Shown one piece after another: positions 1 to 7,838 of a stretch of 32,000 bases of DNA (the stretch's first letter is position 1; every line of letters begins with the position of its first letter). Location of the stretch: contig JALDRA010000001.1 of NCBI GenBank assembly GCA_031316235.1, positions 1,020,001 through 1,052,000 of the forward strand, read 5' to 3'. The position numbers and the translations under genes are program-made. The stretch is from Candidatus Scalindua sp. (GTDB lineage: Bacteria > Planctomycetota > Brocadiia > Brocadiales > Scalinduaceae). Below the pieces are notes generated by a model, which searched no databases, was not told the DNA's origin, and saw nothing but the letters and a program-made list of their open reading frames with translations.

Positions 1-563
1 AGGCAGACGTGGCAGATTTTGAAGCAGCAAAGAATATGGTGACTGAAGTTAAGGAAGAATTCGGGCAGATTGATTTTTTGATCAACAATGCCGGTGTGAC
101 CAGGGACAAGCTCCTGGCATTAATGAAAGAGAGCGACTGGGATGATGTGATCAACACCAACCTGAAAAGTGTCTACAACTTTTCCAAGGCAGTAATTATG
201 ACCATGGTCAAACAGAAGAGCGGGAGCATACTCAACATTACGTCAGTAAGTGGAATTGCCGGAGTGGCGGGACAGACTAACTACTCCGCATCAAAGGCTG
301 GCGTCATCGGCTTTACTAAGGCCCTGGCCAAGGAAGTTGGAAAGGCAAAAATAAATGTAAATGCTATTGCGTGTGGATTCATTGAGACCGATATGACAGC
401 TTCACTCCCGGAAGAGTATAAGAATAAGATGATAGATATGACGTCTCTCAAACGATTTGGGAACCCTGAAGAGATAGCCAGGATTGCTTCATTCATGCTC
501 TCAGAAGACGCAAAATATATTACCGGACATGTTCTCACCGTTGATGGTGGATTGGCATTATAA
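1..563 (+). CDS. fabG: 3-oxoacyl-[acyl-carrier-protein] reductase (SDR family), 5' end cut by window edge
   Basis: The frame is open from nt 3, and the listed start at 9 is an internal GTG. SDR/FabG hallmarks are present: INNAGVTRD, catalytic S...YSASK (NYSASKAG) and C-terminal ITGHVLTVDGG. Stop TAA at 561-563. Confidence 0.85.
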   Translation, partial: ADVADFEAAKNMVTEVKEEFGQIDFLINNAGVTRDKLLALMKESDWDDVINTNLKSVYNFSKAVIMTMVKQKSGSILNITSVSGIAGVAGQTNYSASKAGVIGFTKALAKEVGKAKINVNAIACGFIETDMTASLPEEYKNKMIDMTSLKRFGNPEEIARIASFMLSEDAKYITGHVLTVDGGLAL

Positions 564-589
564 ATCTGTTCCTTTAACCCGCAGTAATG

Positions 590-696
590 AAACAGTCTGG
601 CTGGTTGCTGGTATCACCGGACAAAAAAACGCCGAGGACTTTACCTGCTCCGTTTTTTGCCGGATTTTACCCGAAATCCAGTATGAGATGAGTATA
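590..696 (+). repeat. Copy A of the ~140-bp structured intergenic repeat family (5' arm missing)
   Basis: It shares CTGGTTGCTGGTATC-CCGGACAAAAAAC-CCGAGGACTTTAC...CGGATTTTACCCGAAATCCAGTATGAGATGAGTATA with copies at 3663, 6314, 7426 and 31261. It starts about 25 nt after the fabG stop. Confidence 0.8.
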
Positions 697-802
697 ATTA
701 GAGAAAATTGTTCATGGTTCAGATGTACCGGTCTCTGTAATACGTGACTTCCAATCTCATCAGCCTGGTACATCTGGTAAAAATAAAAGGAGCGAATCTA
801 GA

Positions 803-1114
803 ATGATTTTTTTATTAAAGGTACAAATAAAAAAAATACCAGATGTCCCCGTTAAAGATTTTCTGGGCATCGTGGTCAAGGAGTGGGAATATTTCTTGAG
901 GATGAAGAGAAGGGGCAAGATCCTTGCCGGTGGTAAATTGGCCGGTGGAAGAGGGGCCGCCGCCATTATTGAGGCTGACTCTAATGAGGAGCTGGACCAG
1001 ATCGTTGCAAACCTGCCGCTTTTTCCTTTTTTTACCGATATTGAAATCACCCCCCTGGTTTCTACGGAAAAAGCCCTGACCGACGTTAAACGGGTTCATT
1101 CGCTCATGAAGTGA
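803..1114 (+). CDS. Muconolactone delta-isomerase-like small protein
   Basis: 103 aa, with AAGGAG 9 nt upstream of the ATG. The N-terminal MIFLLKVQIKKIP and the C-terminal LPLFPFFTDIEITPL follow the MLFxVKMxV...LPLFPYMDIEV pattern I remember for muconolactone isomerase. Confidence 0.65.
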   Translation: MIFLLKVQIKKIPDVPVKDFLGIVVKEWEYFLRMKRRGKILAGGKLAGGRGAAAIIEADSNEELDQIVANLPLFPFFTDIEITPLVSTEKALTDVKRVHSLMK

Positions 1115-1529
1115 ATATTATACTGAAGCTGATTATCAACAGAGAGAACACAGAGAGATGCGAAAAAACAGGCATGATGGTTCGAGCCATTTATCCATAG
1201 ATCAAGTTTGATCCAGATAACAATAATTTATATTATTAGTGACGCACTTGTCCTTTGTTGGTATACTGGTAAACAGTAATTGATGTGATGTGATCTTTTC
1301 CCATGGGTTACTCCGCAAGGGAATCTTTATGAGTCGGTTTATCAGTATGATTGTAAGATATCATGAACTTGCTCTGAGTGGGGAATCGGGCACTAGCACA
1401 CGTGACCTGCACATGGTGTGGCACGTGAAATAAAGAATAAGCCGACAGTCGGCTTTCGCTATCTAAAAATTTGTGTGCTTGGTTTTCTATAGCGTAATCT
1501 CAATCAACACTCATAAAAAAGGAAGATGA

Positions 1530-1802
1530 ATGAATATTTATGTGGGAAACCTGCCATACAGCGTAACTGAAGCCGATTTGAAAGAGACGTTTTCAGCGTT
1601 TGGTGAAGTAGCGAGTGCGTCTCTTGTCAGTGACAAGTTTTCAGGGCAATCCAAAGGTTTTGGGTTTGTTGAAATGCCAAACAACTCGGAAGCAGACGCT
1701 GCGATCAAGGCTCTGAATGAAAGCGACTTGCAAGGAAGAAATATCAAGGTAAATCAGGCTAAACCAAAAGGTGATAGCCCCCAGCGCAGGCCAAGATATT
1801 AA
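1530..1802 (+). CDS. RRM-type RNA-binding protein
   Basis: 90 aa with RNP-2 IYVGNL and RNP-1 KGFGFVEM. AAGGAAG lies upstream of the ATG. It is preceded by a roughly 400-nt gene-free, hairpin-rich leader. Confidence 0.9.
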   Translation: MNIYVGNLPYSVTEADLKETFSAFGEVASASLVSDKFSGQSKGFGFVEMPNNSEADAAIKALNESDLQGRNIKVNQAKPKGDSPQRRPRY

Positions 1803-2298
1803 AAGCTTATAATACAATGCACCGGAAGCCAATGATCACTGTTCGCTTTAGCCACAATTTTTTTATCCTCCGATGGGCTGCTAACACCGGTAGAAAGTGA
1901 AGAGACGTTGAATGTGGGGTGCAAGAGCTGGTTACACAGACTCGCAACATAGAAAATTGAATGACGTGAGAAACCCCTCATGAGAGGCTCCAGCTTTCAG
2001 CTCTCCCCCGATGATTTGAGGAGAGCTGAAAGGCTGAGGAGTTTCATGATTTACCGAAGAGAATCTTTCAAAGATCCGTATTTGCCGGGGATTACCGAGG
2101 CTTTGCTCAGTTCCTTTTGAGCAAAAGTTTCCGGGGCGATTTCTGGTCAAACGCGCCACTTCAGCCAGCCAATTGACACCATGTATGGTGGGTCAACCGG
2201 GACTTGGATGACCTTCGAATTTTTATGCTCACCGATGACCCGGTTCTGAAAAACAGACTCAAACAACCGGCTTACTTTTATGAATAGGATTAAAATAT

Positions 2299-3630
2299 AT
2301 GAAAACCTTTGCCAAACTTGGCTTATCTGAAAATGTTCTACGTGCCGTTAAGGATAAAGGCTACCAGGCACCTTCTCCCATTCAGGAACTCGCCATTCCT
2401 GCCATACTGACCGGCAACGATATACTGGCTGCGGCACAGACGGGTACGGGTAAAACAGCAGGTTTCACTCTACCGATGGTACAGATCCTTGATCAGGCAG
2501 TATCGACAAGAAACCATCCGATCCGGGCACTTGTTTTGACACCGACCCGGGAGCTGGCGGCGCAGGTCCAGGACAGCATAAAGACTTACGGCAAATACCT
2601 GAAACTCAAAAGCATGGTTGTTTTTGGTGGCGTGAATATCAAACCGCAGATTGATCAACTGAAAAAAGGTGTGGATATTCTGGTTGCCACACCTGGCAGA
2701 TTACTGGATCTCTGTAACCAGCGGGCATGCAGATTGAACGAGGTCAACATCCTTGTCCTCGATGAAGCAGACCGTATGCTGGACATGGGTTTTATTCATG
2801 ACATCCGCAGGATTATCAAACTTTTACCACCAAAACGTCAAAATCTACTGTTTTCAGCCACATTTTCAAAGGAAATTCGCACCTTGACACACGAATTTCT
2901 TGTCAAACCAATAACGATTGAAGTTACCCCTGAAAAAACTGCGGCACAGACCGTCTCCCAAAGAGCTTATCGATGTGATGCCAAGGCAAAGACCCGCCTT
3001 GCAATCCATCTGATTAAAGAAGGCAAATGGGAACAGGTGTTGATTTTCACACGAACCAAACATGGTGCCAATCGCCTGTGCAGTAAATTTTCAGAGGCAG
3101 GTATTCAATCAAGTACCATTCATGGCAACAAGACTCAGACCGCTCGCATCAAGGCTCTGGAGGATTTAAAAAGACGCAAGATTCGTGTACTTGTGGCTAC
3201 CGATATTGCCGCACGTGGTCTGGATATAGTCCAGTTACCGCATGTTGTCAATTATGAATTATCCAATGTTCCCGAAGATTATGTCCACCGCATTGGCAGG
3301 ACTGGTCGTGCCGGCATGGAAGGAGAGGCCATCTCCCTGGTTTGCAATGACGAACGCCCTTTTCTACGCAGTATCGAAAAACTTATTGGTCATTCGATTG
3401 ATCTATCGGATGTACCCGGCTTTGAGCCTTCCATCTGGCCAAAAAAAGCCCCCTCTGCAGGCGAAGTACAGAAAGCCGCTGCTGTACGTAAAGAAGCCGC
3501 GCGCCTGACACGTGGACCTCGCAGGCAACCTGCCTCAGCGAGAACTTCAACCAGAGAGCGAAATTCTGCGGGCAATAAACCCGGCAGGAGGCTCAATCAA
3601 AAAAGGAAACTTTCCGGCGAGAAAGGCTGA
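2299..3630 (+). CDS. rhlE: DEAD-box ATP-dependent RNA helicase (RhlE-like) with basic C-terminal tail
   Basis: 443 aa with Q-motif region GYQAPSPIQ, motif I AQTGTGKT, motif [13 protein letters not shown], and motif [12 protein letters not shown]. The C-terminus is Arg/Lys-rich. Confidence 0.95.
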   Translation: MKTFAKLGLSENVLRAVKDKGYQAPSPIQELAIPAILTGNDILAAAQTGTGKTAGFTLPMVQILDQAVSTRNHPIRALVLTPTRELAAQVQDSIKTYGKYLKLKSMVVFGGVNIKPQIDQLKKGVDILVATPGRLLDLCNQRACRLNEVNILVLDEADRMLDMGFIHDIRRIIKLLPPKRQNLLFSATFSKEIRTLTHEFLVKPITIEVTPEKTAAQTVSQRAYRCDAKAKTRLAIHLIKEGKWEQVLIFTRTKHGANRLCSKFSEAGIQSSTIHGNKTQTARIKALEDLKRRKIRVLVATDIAARGLDIVQLPHVVNYELSNVPEDYVHRIGRTGRAGMEGEAISLVCNDERPFLRSIEKLIGHSIDLSDVPGFEPSIWPKKAPSAGEVQKAAAVRKEAARLTRGPRRQPASARTSTRERNSAGNKPGRRLNQKRKLSGEKG

Positions 3631-3662
3631 ACCACCCCACTGACCCTGTGATGTTTTGAATA

Positions 3663-3802
3663 TATACTGAAACCGCTTTGGTTTTTGATTTTTCTAAAAA
3701 CCAAAGCCTGGTTGCTGGTATCCCCTGACAAAAAACACCGAGGACTTTACTCTCTAAGTTTTTTCTTGGATTTTATCCGAAAACCATTATAAGATACGTA
3801 TA
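3663..3802 (+). repeat. Copy B of the structured intergenic repeat family (full length)
   Basis: TATAC...GTATA ends. Hairpin 1 is GCTTTGGTTTTT/AAAAACCAAAGC, followed by the central CCGAGGACTTTAC box and hairpin 2 TTGGAT-TTT-ATCCGA. It lies 32 nt after the helicase stop. Confidence 0.85.
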
Positions 3803-3897
3803 GAATCATTTTGAAGCCTTAAAGCCTTTTTTTTAAATGATCCGTCAAGGCCTCCAGATAACAATCCGCACCAGAAACAGGCAGAAAACAACACGAT

Positions 3898-4176
3898 ATG
3901 ATAGCCGAGAAAAAACAGAAAAAGAGATCACTTCTCAAAATAGGATTCATGCTGGTTTTAGTCAGCTATATGCTCTGGGCCCCAACGTTTTTGTTTGTTG
4001 TAATGTCCTTTTCCGGCAAAGCCTGGCTGTGGTGCCTTCTCGCAACCGTATCATACACCTTAAGCTGGATCTTGTTGGTCGCAGGTTTCCTGCTGGCCGG
4101 ACCCGATGCCGCACGGTCAGGCCGTCGTTGGATTGCCAGGCTTCTCGGACAAAAAACCATATCAAAGCCAATCTAG
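3898..4176 (+). CDS. Hypothetical small membrane protein
   Basis: 92 aa with a basic N-terminus (KKQKKR) followed by two to three hydrophobic helices. There is no clear SD, and it overlaps an alternative-frame ORF (3837-4205) that looks non-protein-like. Confidence 0.4.
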   Translation: MIAEKKQKKRSLLKIGFMLVLVSYMLWAPTFLFVVMSFSGKAWLWCLLATVSYTLSWILLVAGFLLAGPDAARSGRRWIARLLGQKTISKPI

Positions 4177-4229
4177 ACGCCCCACAAAGGGATGGGAAAG
4201 AATAAAGAAACAGAAAATATCTCTGGAGT

Positions 4230-4396
4230 CAGTAGTGTCCGGTTAGGAATTTGCACGTGCGGCTTTTGTCATACCCGAGTGCTTTTATCGGGTATACAGA
4301 GAGTCTCATTCATCCTGGATTCCCGCTAAAAACATGCGGGAATGACATCTTTTGAACAATAAATTAAATACGCAAAAACCTAACCGGACACTACTG
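4230..4396. mobile_element. Non-autonomous MITE, 167 bp, perfect 18-bp terminal inverted repeats, 9-bp target-site duplication
   Basis: The left TIR CAGTAGTGTCCGGTTAGG (4230-4247) is the exact reverse complement of the right TIR CCTAACCGGACACTACTG (4379-4396). It is flanked by the identical direct repeat CTCTGGAGT at 4221-4229 and 4397-4405. No ORF. Internal hairpins are ATACCCGA-N9-TCGGGTAT and ATTCCCGC-N9-GCGGGAAT. Confidence 0.85.
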
Positions 4397-4452
4397 CTCT
4401 GGAGTAAGAGTATAAAGTGAAGTAAACAAGACAGCGTTACGTATAAGCATTA

Positions 4453-4563
4453 TATACTAAAATCGATTTGGTTTTCGGTTTTCTGGAAACCAAATCATGG
4501 TGAAGGTATACTCGCTCCATTTTATCTCGAATTTTATTCGAAAACCATTATGAGATGAGTATA
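4453..4563 (+). repeat. Copy C of the structured repeat family (central ~30 bp deleted)
   Basis: TATACTAAAATCGATTTGGTTTTCGGTTTTCTGGAAACCAAATC...TCGAATTTTATTCGAAAACCATTATGAGATGAGTATA. It lacks the CCCCGGACAAAAAAC-CCGAGGACTTTA core. Confidence 0.8.
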
Positions 4564-4686
4564 CGATGAACATATATTGAAGGAATATGAAAATTAGTTT
4601 TAGCTTTTTTATGCAATGTTACTCATAGAACCCACTACCAGTCTGCCACCGTCCGGTTGTTTTCTATAATCAGCGTTTTATCTGTA

Positions 4687-5160
4687 TTAATGCTGCAGCT
4701 TATTATCCCAATCTTGTTTATCTTCCCCGTCCGCCCCTGCCACCACTATATCCCCCTTTACCACCACCATATCCCCTTTTTTGCTGCCGCTGTATCCACC
4801 CTTGCCTCCACCACCACCATATCCCCCTTTGCCGCCACTGTATCCACCCTTACCTCCTCCTCCGCCATATCCCCCTTTACCGCCGCTGAATCCTCCGGTA
4901 CCACCTCCAAAATTTCCGGTGCGAGGACGAGCTTCATTCACGTTAAGCGATCTACCCTTTAATTCCTTACCATTCAATCCATCAATTGCTGCCTGTCCCT
5001 CAGCTTTTGCTGGCATCTCGACGAATGCAAACCCTTTAGGCTGACCACTAAATTTGTCTTTTATGATATTGACGGATTCAACCTTGCCAAAAGCTTCACA
5101 AGCAAGCCGCAAATCCTCTTCGGTAGTCTCGTAAGACAAATTTCCCACATAAATATTCAT
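4687..5160 (-). CDS. Glycine-rich RRM RNA-binding protein (C-terminal tail probably frame-shifted)
   Basis: RNP-2 IYVGNL and RNP-1 KGFAFVEM, then GGKGGYGGGGGKGGYSG repeats. After the A6G4 run (4773-4782 on the plus strand) the frame gives an atypical tail, GDMVVVKGDIVV.... The +1 frame continues GGYGGGKGGYSGGRGGRGR and stops at 4718-4720. Confidence 0.9.
   Translation of the reverse strand: MNIYVGNLSYETTEEDLRLACEAFGKVESVNIIKDKFSGQPKGFAFVEMPAKAEGQAAIDGLNGKELKGRSLNVNEARPRTGNFGGGTGGFSGGKGGYGGGGGKGGYSGGKGGYGGGGGKGGYSGSKKGDMVVVKGDIVVAGADGEDKQDWDNKLQH
4790..4885. repeat. 2 x 48-bp tandem repeat inside the Gly-rich tail coding region
   Basis: CTGTATCCACCCTTGCCTCCACCACCACCATATCCCCCTTTGCCGCCA is followed by a near-identical unit. 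Each unit encodes a GGKGGYGGGGGKGGYS block on the minus strand. Confidence 0.8.
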
Positions 5161-5778
5161 TCTGTATTCCTTTCTAATAATTAAGTTGCAATTAAACTGA
5201 CATTATACTTTCATGTCTCCTAACAGCTCTCTTTCCAAGCTATTGTATTCTCAAATATCTTAGAGATGTTAACCGGAAATATGTTTGATTCAATTTTATT
5301 TCTTGAGATGAGAAGCAGTAATTATACACCGTGATTCCGCTGTTGTTAATAATCTTTCAACAATAGGTATTGTAAGATCTCTTTTCATACCAAACTCTTC
5401 CGGGTTTTCTTGTACAAGATTCAAATAGATTAATACAAATGCCTCCATGGCATCAATACCCTTTACCAGGGTGGGATCTGCCTGCTAACAGGTTTGAAAG
5501 GACTTGAACCGGCCTTTTCTCTCCCTGTTTTCATCCGTATAAAGTTCAATAACCGTATAAATGCCTTTTACACACTTTAATAAAACTCCCAGCAGCTCTC
5601 TGTTTATTTTTAATTCTGGCTATTGCTGGCTGATCATCCGCAGGTATTTTCAGCTGCTGCTGCATATGCCTGCCTGGTATCGGTCGTAAACAGTGACAAG
5701 AGAGAGCCTGTCGGAGTGATCGCAAAGACGAGTGCAATAAGAGTGACATAAATTGTTTTCTTTATTCTCTGCATATAT

Positions 5779-5821
5779 AAAAAAGCCCCCGATACCCTTT
5801 CATGGATATTGGGGGGCTTTT
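5779..5821 (-). terminator. Rho-independent terminator downstream of the csp gene
   Basis: The minus-strand RNA forms AAGCCCCCCAATA...TATCGGGGGCTT followed by TTTTTT. It lies about 110 nt after the csp stop. Confidence 0.7.
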
Positions 5822-5931
5822 ACGTTATCATTACAATAATATTTTACAACTACTCCATATTAATTATGATATACAACTCTCTTTCGATAGATTATACAGG
5901 ATAAAATATATGAGTATGCTTTACAATATAT

Positions 5932-6132
5932 TTATATTTTGACAACATTTGAGGCCTTACTGCCCTTTTGGCCCTGTTCGACTTCAAACTCCACCCGGTC
6001 ACCTTCTGAAAGGCTTTTAAAACCATCAGACTGGATTGCGGTATGGTGAACAAAGACATCTTCTCCATTCTCCGGAGTAATAAAACCAAACCCCTTTGAG
6101 TCGCTAAACCACTTTACTGTTCCATTCTGCAT
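5932..6132 (-). CDS. csp: Cold-shock protein, CspA family
   Basis: 66 aa with [15 protein letters not shown] (RNP-1-like) and VFVHHTAI (RNP-2-like). AAGGGGGT lies 10 nt upstream of the ATG. Confidence 0.95.
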   Translation of the reverse strand: MQNGTVKWFSDSKGFGFITPENGEDVFVHHTAIQSDGFKSLSEGDRVEFEVEQGQKGSKASNVVKI

Positions 6133-6161
6133 ACTGAAAATTACCCCCTTTACATAGTAAT

Positions 6162-6206
6162 AATAAAATAAAAAGAGGCTACAAGCTTGGAAACCTTGTA
6201 GCCTCT
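6162..6206 (-). promoter_or_regulatory. Terminator-like hairpin in the csp upstream/leader region
   Basis: A perfect 12-bp stem, AGAGGCTACAAG (6174-6185) / CTTGTAGCCTCT (6195-6206). On the minus strand it is followed by TTTTTATTTTATT. It lies only about 30-70 nt upstream of the csp ATG. Confidence 0.4.
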
Positions 6207-6313
6207 ATATAAGTATATATCAAACGATACAACTACCAACATAGTCAAAGATTATCACACATGAATCATTAATGCAAGAGAAAATAATATTTTGTCAAGC
6301 AAAAAGAGAAATG

Positions 6314-6425
6314 TATACTCACCTCATAATGGTTTTCGGATGAAATCCGAGAAAAAACGGAGCGAGTAAAGTCCTCGGTGCCTTTTGTCCGGGGATACCT
6401 GCAACCAAGATTTGGTTTTAGTATA
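6314..6425 (-). repeat. Copy D of the structured repeat family (hairpin 1 deleted)
   Basis: The reverse complement reads TATACTAAAACCAAATCTTGGTTGCAGGTATCCCCGGACAAAAGGCACCGAGGACTTTACTCGCTC...CTCGGATTTCATCCGAAAACCATTATGAGGTGAGTATA. Confidence 0.8.
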
Positions 6426-6527
6426 CAAGAATTATTTCACATACTATAAGATTCAGAGTAATACCTAAATTTATTCCCCTCATCTTTTGAATTTAACAAT
6501 TTACAAAATAATAATAAATGGTACTAT

Positions 6528-7004
6528 TTGCACATCAAACGGAATTTCGACTATAAAATAGGAATTATTTCTGATACTCATGGCCTTATCCGCCAACCTA
6601 TTGTGCAATTATTCGCAGACGTTGACTTAATAATACATGCTGGCGACATAGGAAACCCAATGGTGCTTGAAACTTTGCAAACCATTGCTAAAGTTTATGC
6701 CGTCCGTGGGAATGTTGACGTTGGTGAATTGGCTGCAAATTTACCGAAAACCGATCTGGTAAAAGTAGGTGAGTTCTTTTTTTATGTTCTTCACGATATC
6801 AATGAACTCAATCTGGATCCCGCTGCAGCAGGATTACATGGCGTTATTAGCGGTCATTCGCACAGAGCTAAGATCGAAAAAAGAGATGGTGTTCTCTTTC
6901 TCAACCCAGGAAGCGCGGGTCCCAAACGTTTTCAGCTTCCTGCTACTCTTGCATTTATATATGTGAAGGGCGTTACTCTAGATGCTGAGGTTATTGAGAT
7001 TTAG
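6528..7004 (+). CDS. Metallophosphoesterase, YfcE/MJ0936-like
   Basis: 158 aa with the calcineurin-like motif series IGIISDTHG, HAGDIG, VRGNVD, SGHSH and LNPGS. The only in-frame start before the first motif is TTG at 6528, so the start is uncertain. Confidence 0.85.
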   Translation: MHIKRNFDYKIGIISDTHGLIRQPIVQLFADVDLIIHAGDIGNPMVLETLQTIAKVYAVRGNVDVGELAANLPKTDLVKVGEFFFYVLHDINELNLDPAAAGLHGVISGHSHRAKIEKRDGVLFLNPGSAGPKRFQLPATLAFIYVKGVTLDAEVIEI

Positions 7005-7018
7005 GAGATAAACCAGGA

Positions 7019-7357
7019 TTATGCTTCTGAATCCACGTTTGAGGTGCCACCTATCGCAAAAAAAGGGAGAAGAGCAGCTTTTTGTTCCTCTTTAACGGCA
7101 TTTATCAACTCTTTCATGCCATAAATGCTCTTTAACTCTTCTATGATCTCTTCCGTAATCATTTTTTCTTCATAATAACCATGCATACCAAATGCAAGAG
7201 CATGTGCAATACATCTTGCACATTCACACGTACCAATTGTATAAAATGAGAATTGCTTAAAAGATCCAGTACCATGAGTCTCTTTGGAATAATGGCTATT
7301 GAAGTAACCATCGTCAGGCATGTGATGCAGTTTATCGACAATGTCTTTGTATTTCAT
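7019..7357 (-). CDS. Hypothetical protein
   Basis: 112 aa with a strong SD (GGGGAAGGAAGA) directly upstream of the ATG. The composition is protein-like. I recognise no motif. Confidence 0.55.
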   Translation of the reverse strand: MKYKDIVDKLHHMPDDGYFNSHYSKETHGTGSFKQFSFYTIGTCECARCIAHALAFGMHGYYEEKMITEEIIEELKSIYGMKELINAVKEEQKAALLPFFAIGGTSNVDSEA

Positions 7358-7425
7358 TCTTCCTTCCCCTGAGAGTAACTACGCTATAAAACTGTTTGCT
7401 TTGTTTTAACAGGATTGTAACGTTT

Positions 7426-7562
7426 TATACTCATCTTACAATGGTTTTCGGATAAAATCCGAGATAAAATTGAGTGAGTAAAGTCCTCGGTGCCTGGTCC
7501 GGGGATACCTTCACCAAGATTTGGTTGCCGGTAAAACCGAAAACCAAATCGGTTTTAGTATA
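7426..7562 (-). repeat. Copy E of the structured repeat family (full length)
   Basis: The reverse complement reads TATACTAAAACCGATTTGGTTTTCGGTTTTACCGGCAACCAAATCTTGGTGAAGGTATCCCCGGACCAGGCACCGAGGACTTTACTCACTCAATTTTATCTCGGATTTTATCCGAAAACCATTGTAAGATGAGTATA. The listed ORF 7474-7692 is just its translation. Confidence 0.85.
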
Positions 7563-7838
7563 TAAAAGCCCTGATCATTTTAAGAAAATCAGACATGCCA
7601 TCCCACTGATGCTTTTAAGAAATATGCTGCTTATAACCTTAGAGATATGTATACGTACTGAGGGAGTAGCAAAGATATCGATAACCAGATAAGTATGGAC
7701 GTGCAAACCGCAGTTACTGAATACTAACATATTGAAACCATTGCTGCAATGCTATATTTGCTCTTTCAAGAAATTAAAAATAGAGGACTCTTTGGTGTAT
7801 TGCCTGTGCAGACAATGTCAAGACCTTCAGTTAACAAT

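Noticed and set aside
3837-4205. 122-aa ORF overlapping the small membrane-protein ORF
   Set aside because: It is Arg/Thr/Gln-rich with non-protein-like composition. The alternative frame (3898-4176) gives clean transmembrane helices.
4781-5044. Proline-rich 87-aa ORF (PPLPPPPPYPP...), plus ORF 4657-4962
   Set aside because: These are mirror-image translations of the Gly-rich (GGN codon) tail of the minus-strand RRM protein. They are an artefact of complementing GGx repeats.
5546-5774. 67-aa minus-strand ORF, and a 55-aa signal-peptide-like ORF starting at 5774 (MQRIKKTIYVTLIALVFAITP...)
   Set aside because: Both are short, lack a convincing SD, and overlap each other in different frames. 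The second could be a real small secreted peptide, but I cannot support it from sequence alone.
7474-7692. 72-aa ORF MSKVLGAWSGDTFTKIWLPVKPKTKSVLVYK...
   Set aside because: Its first half is a read-through of repeat copy E. The same pseudo-peptide ([23 protein letters not shown]) appears wherever the repeat occurs, and the apparently conservative substitutions are explained by hairpin covariation.
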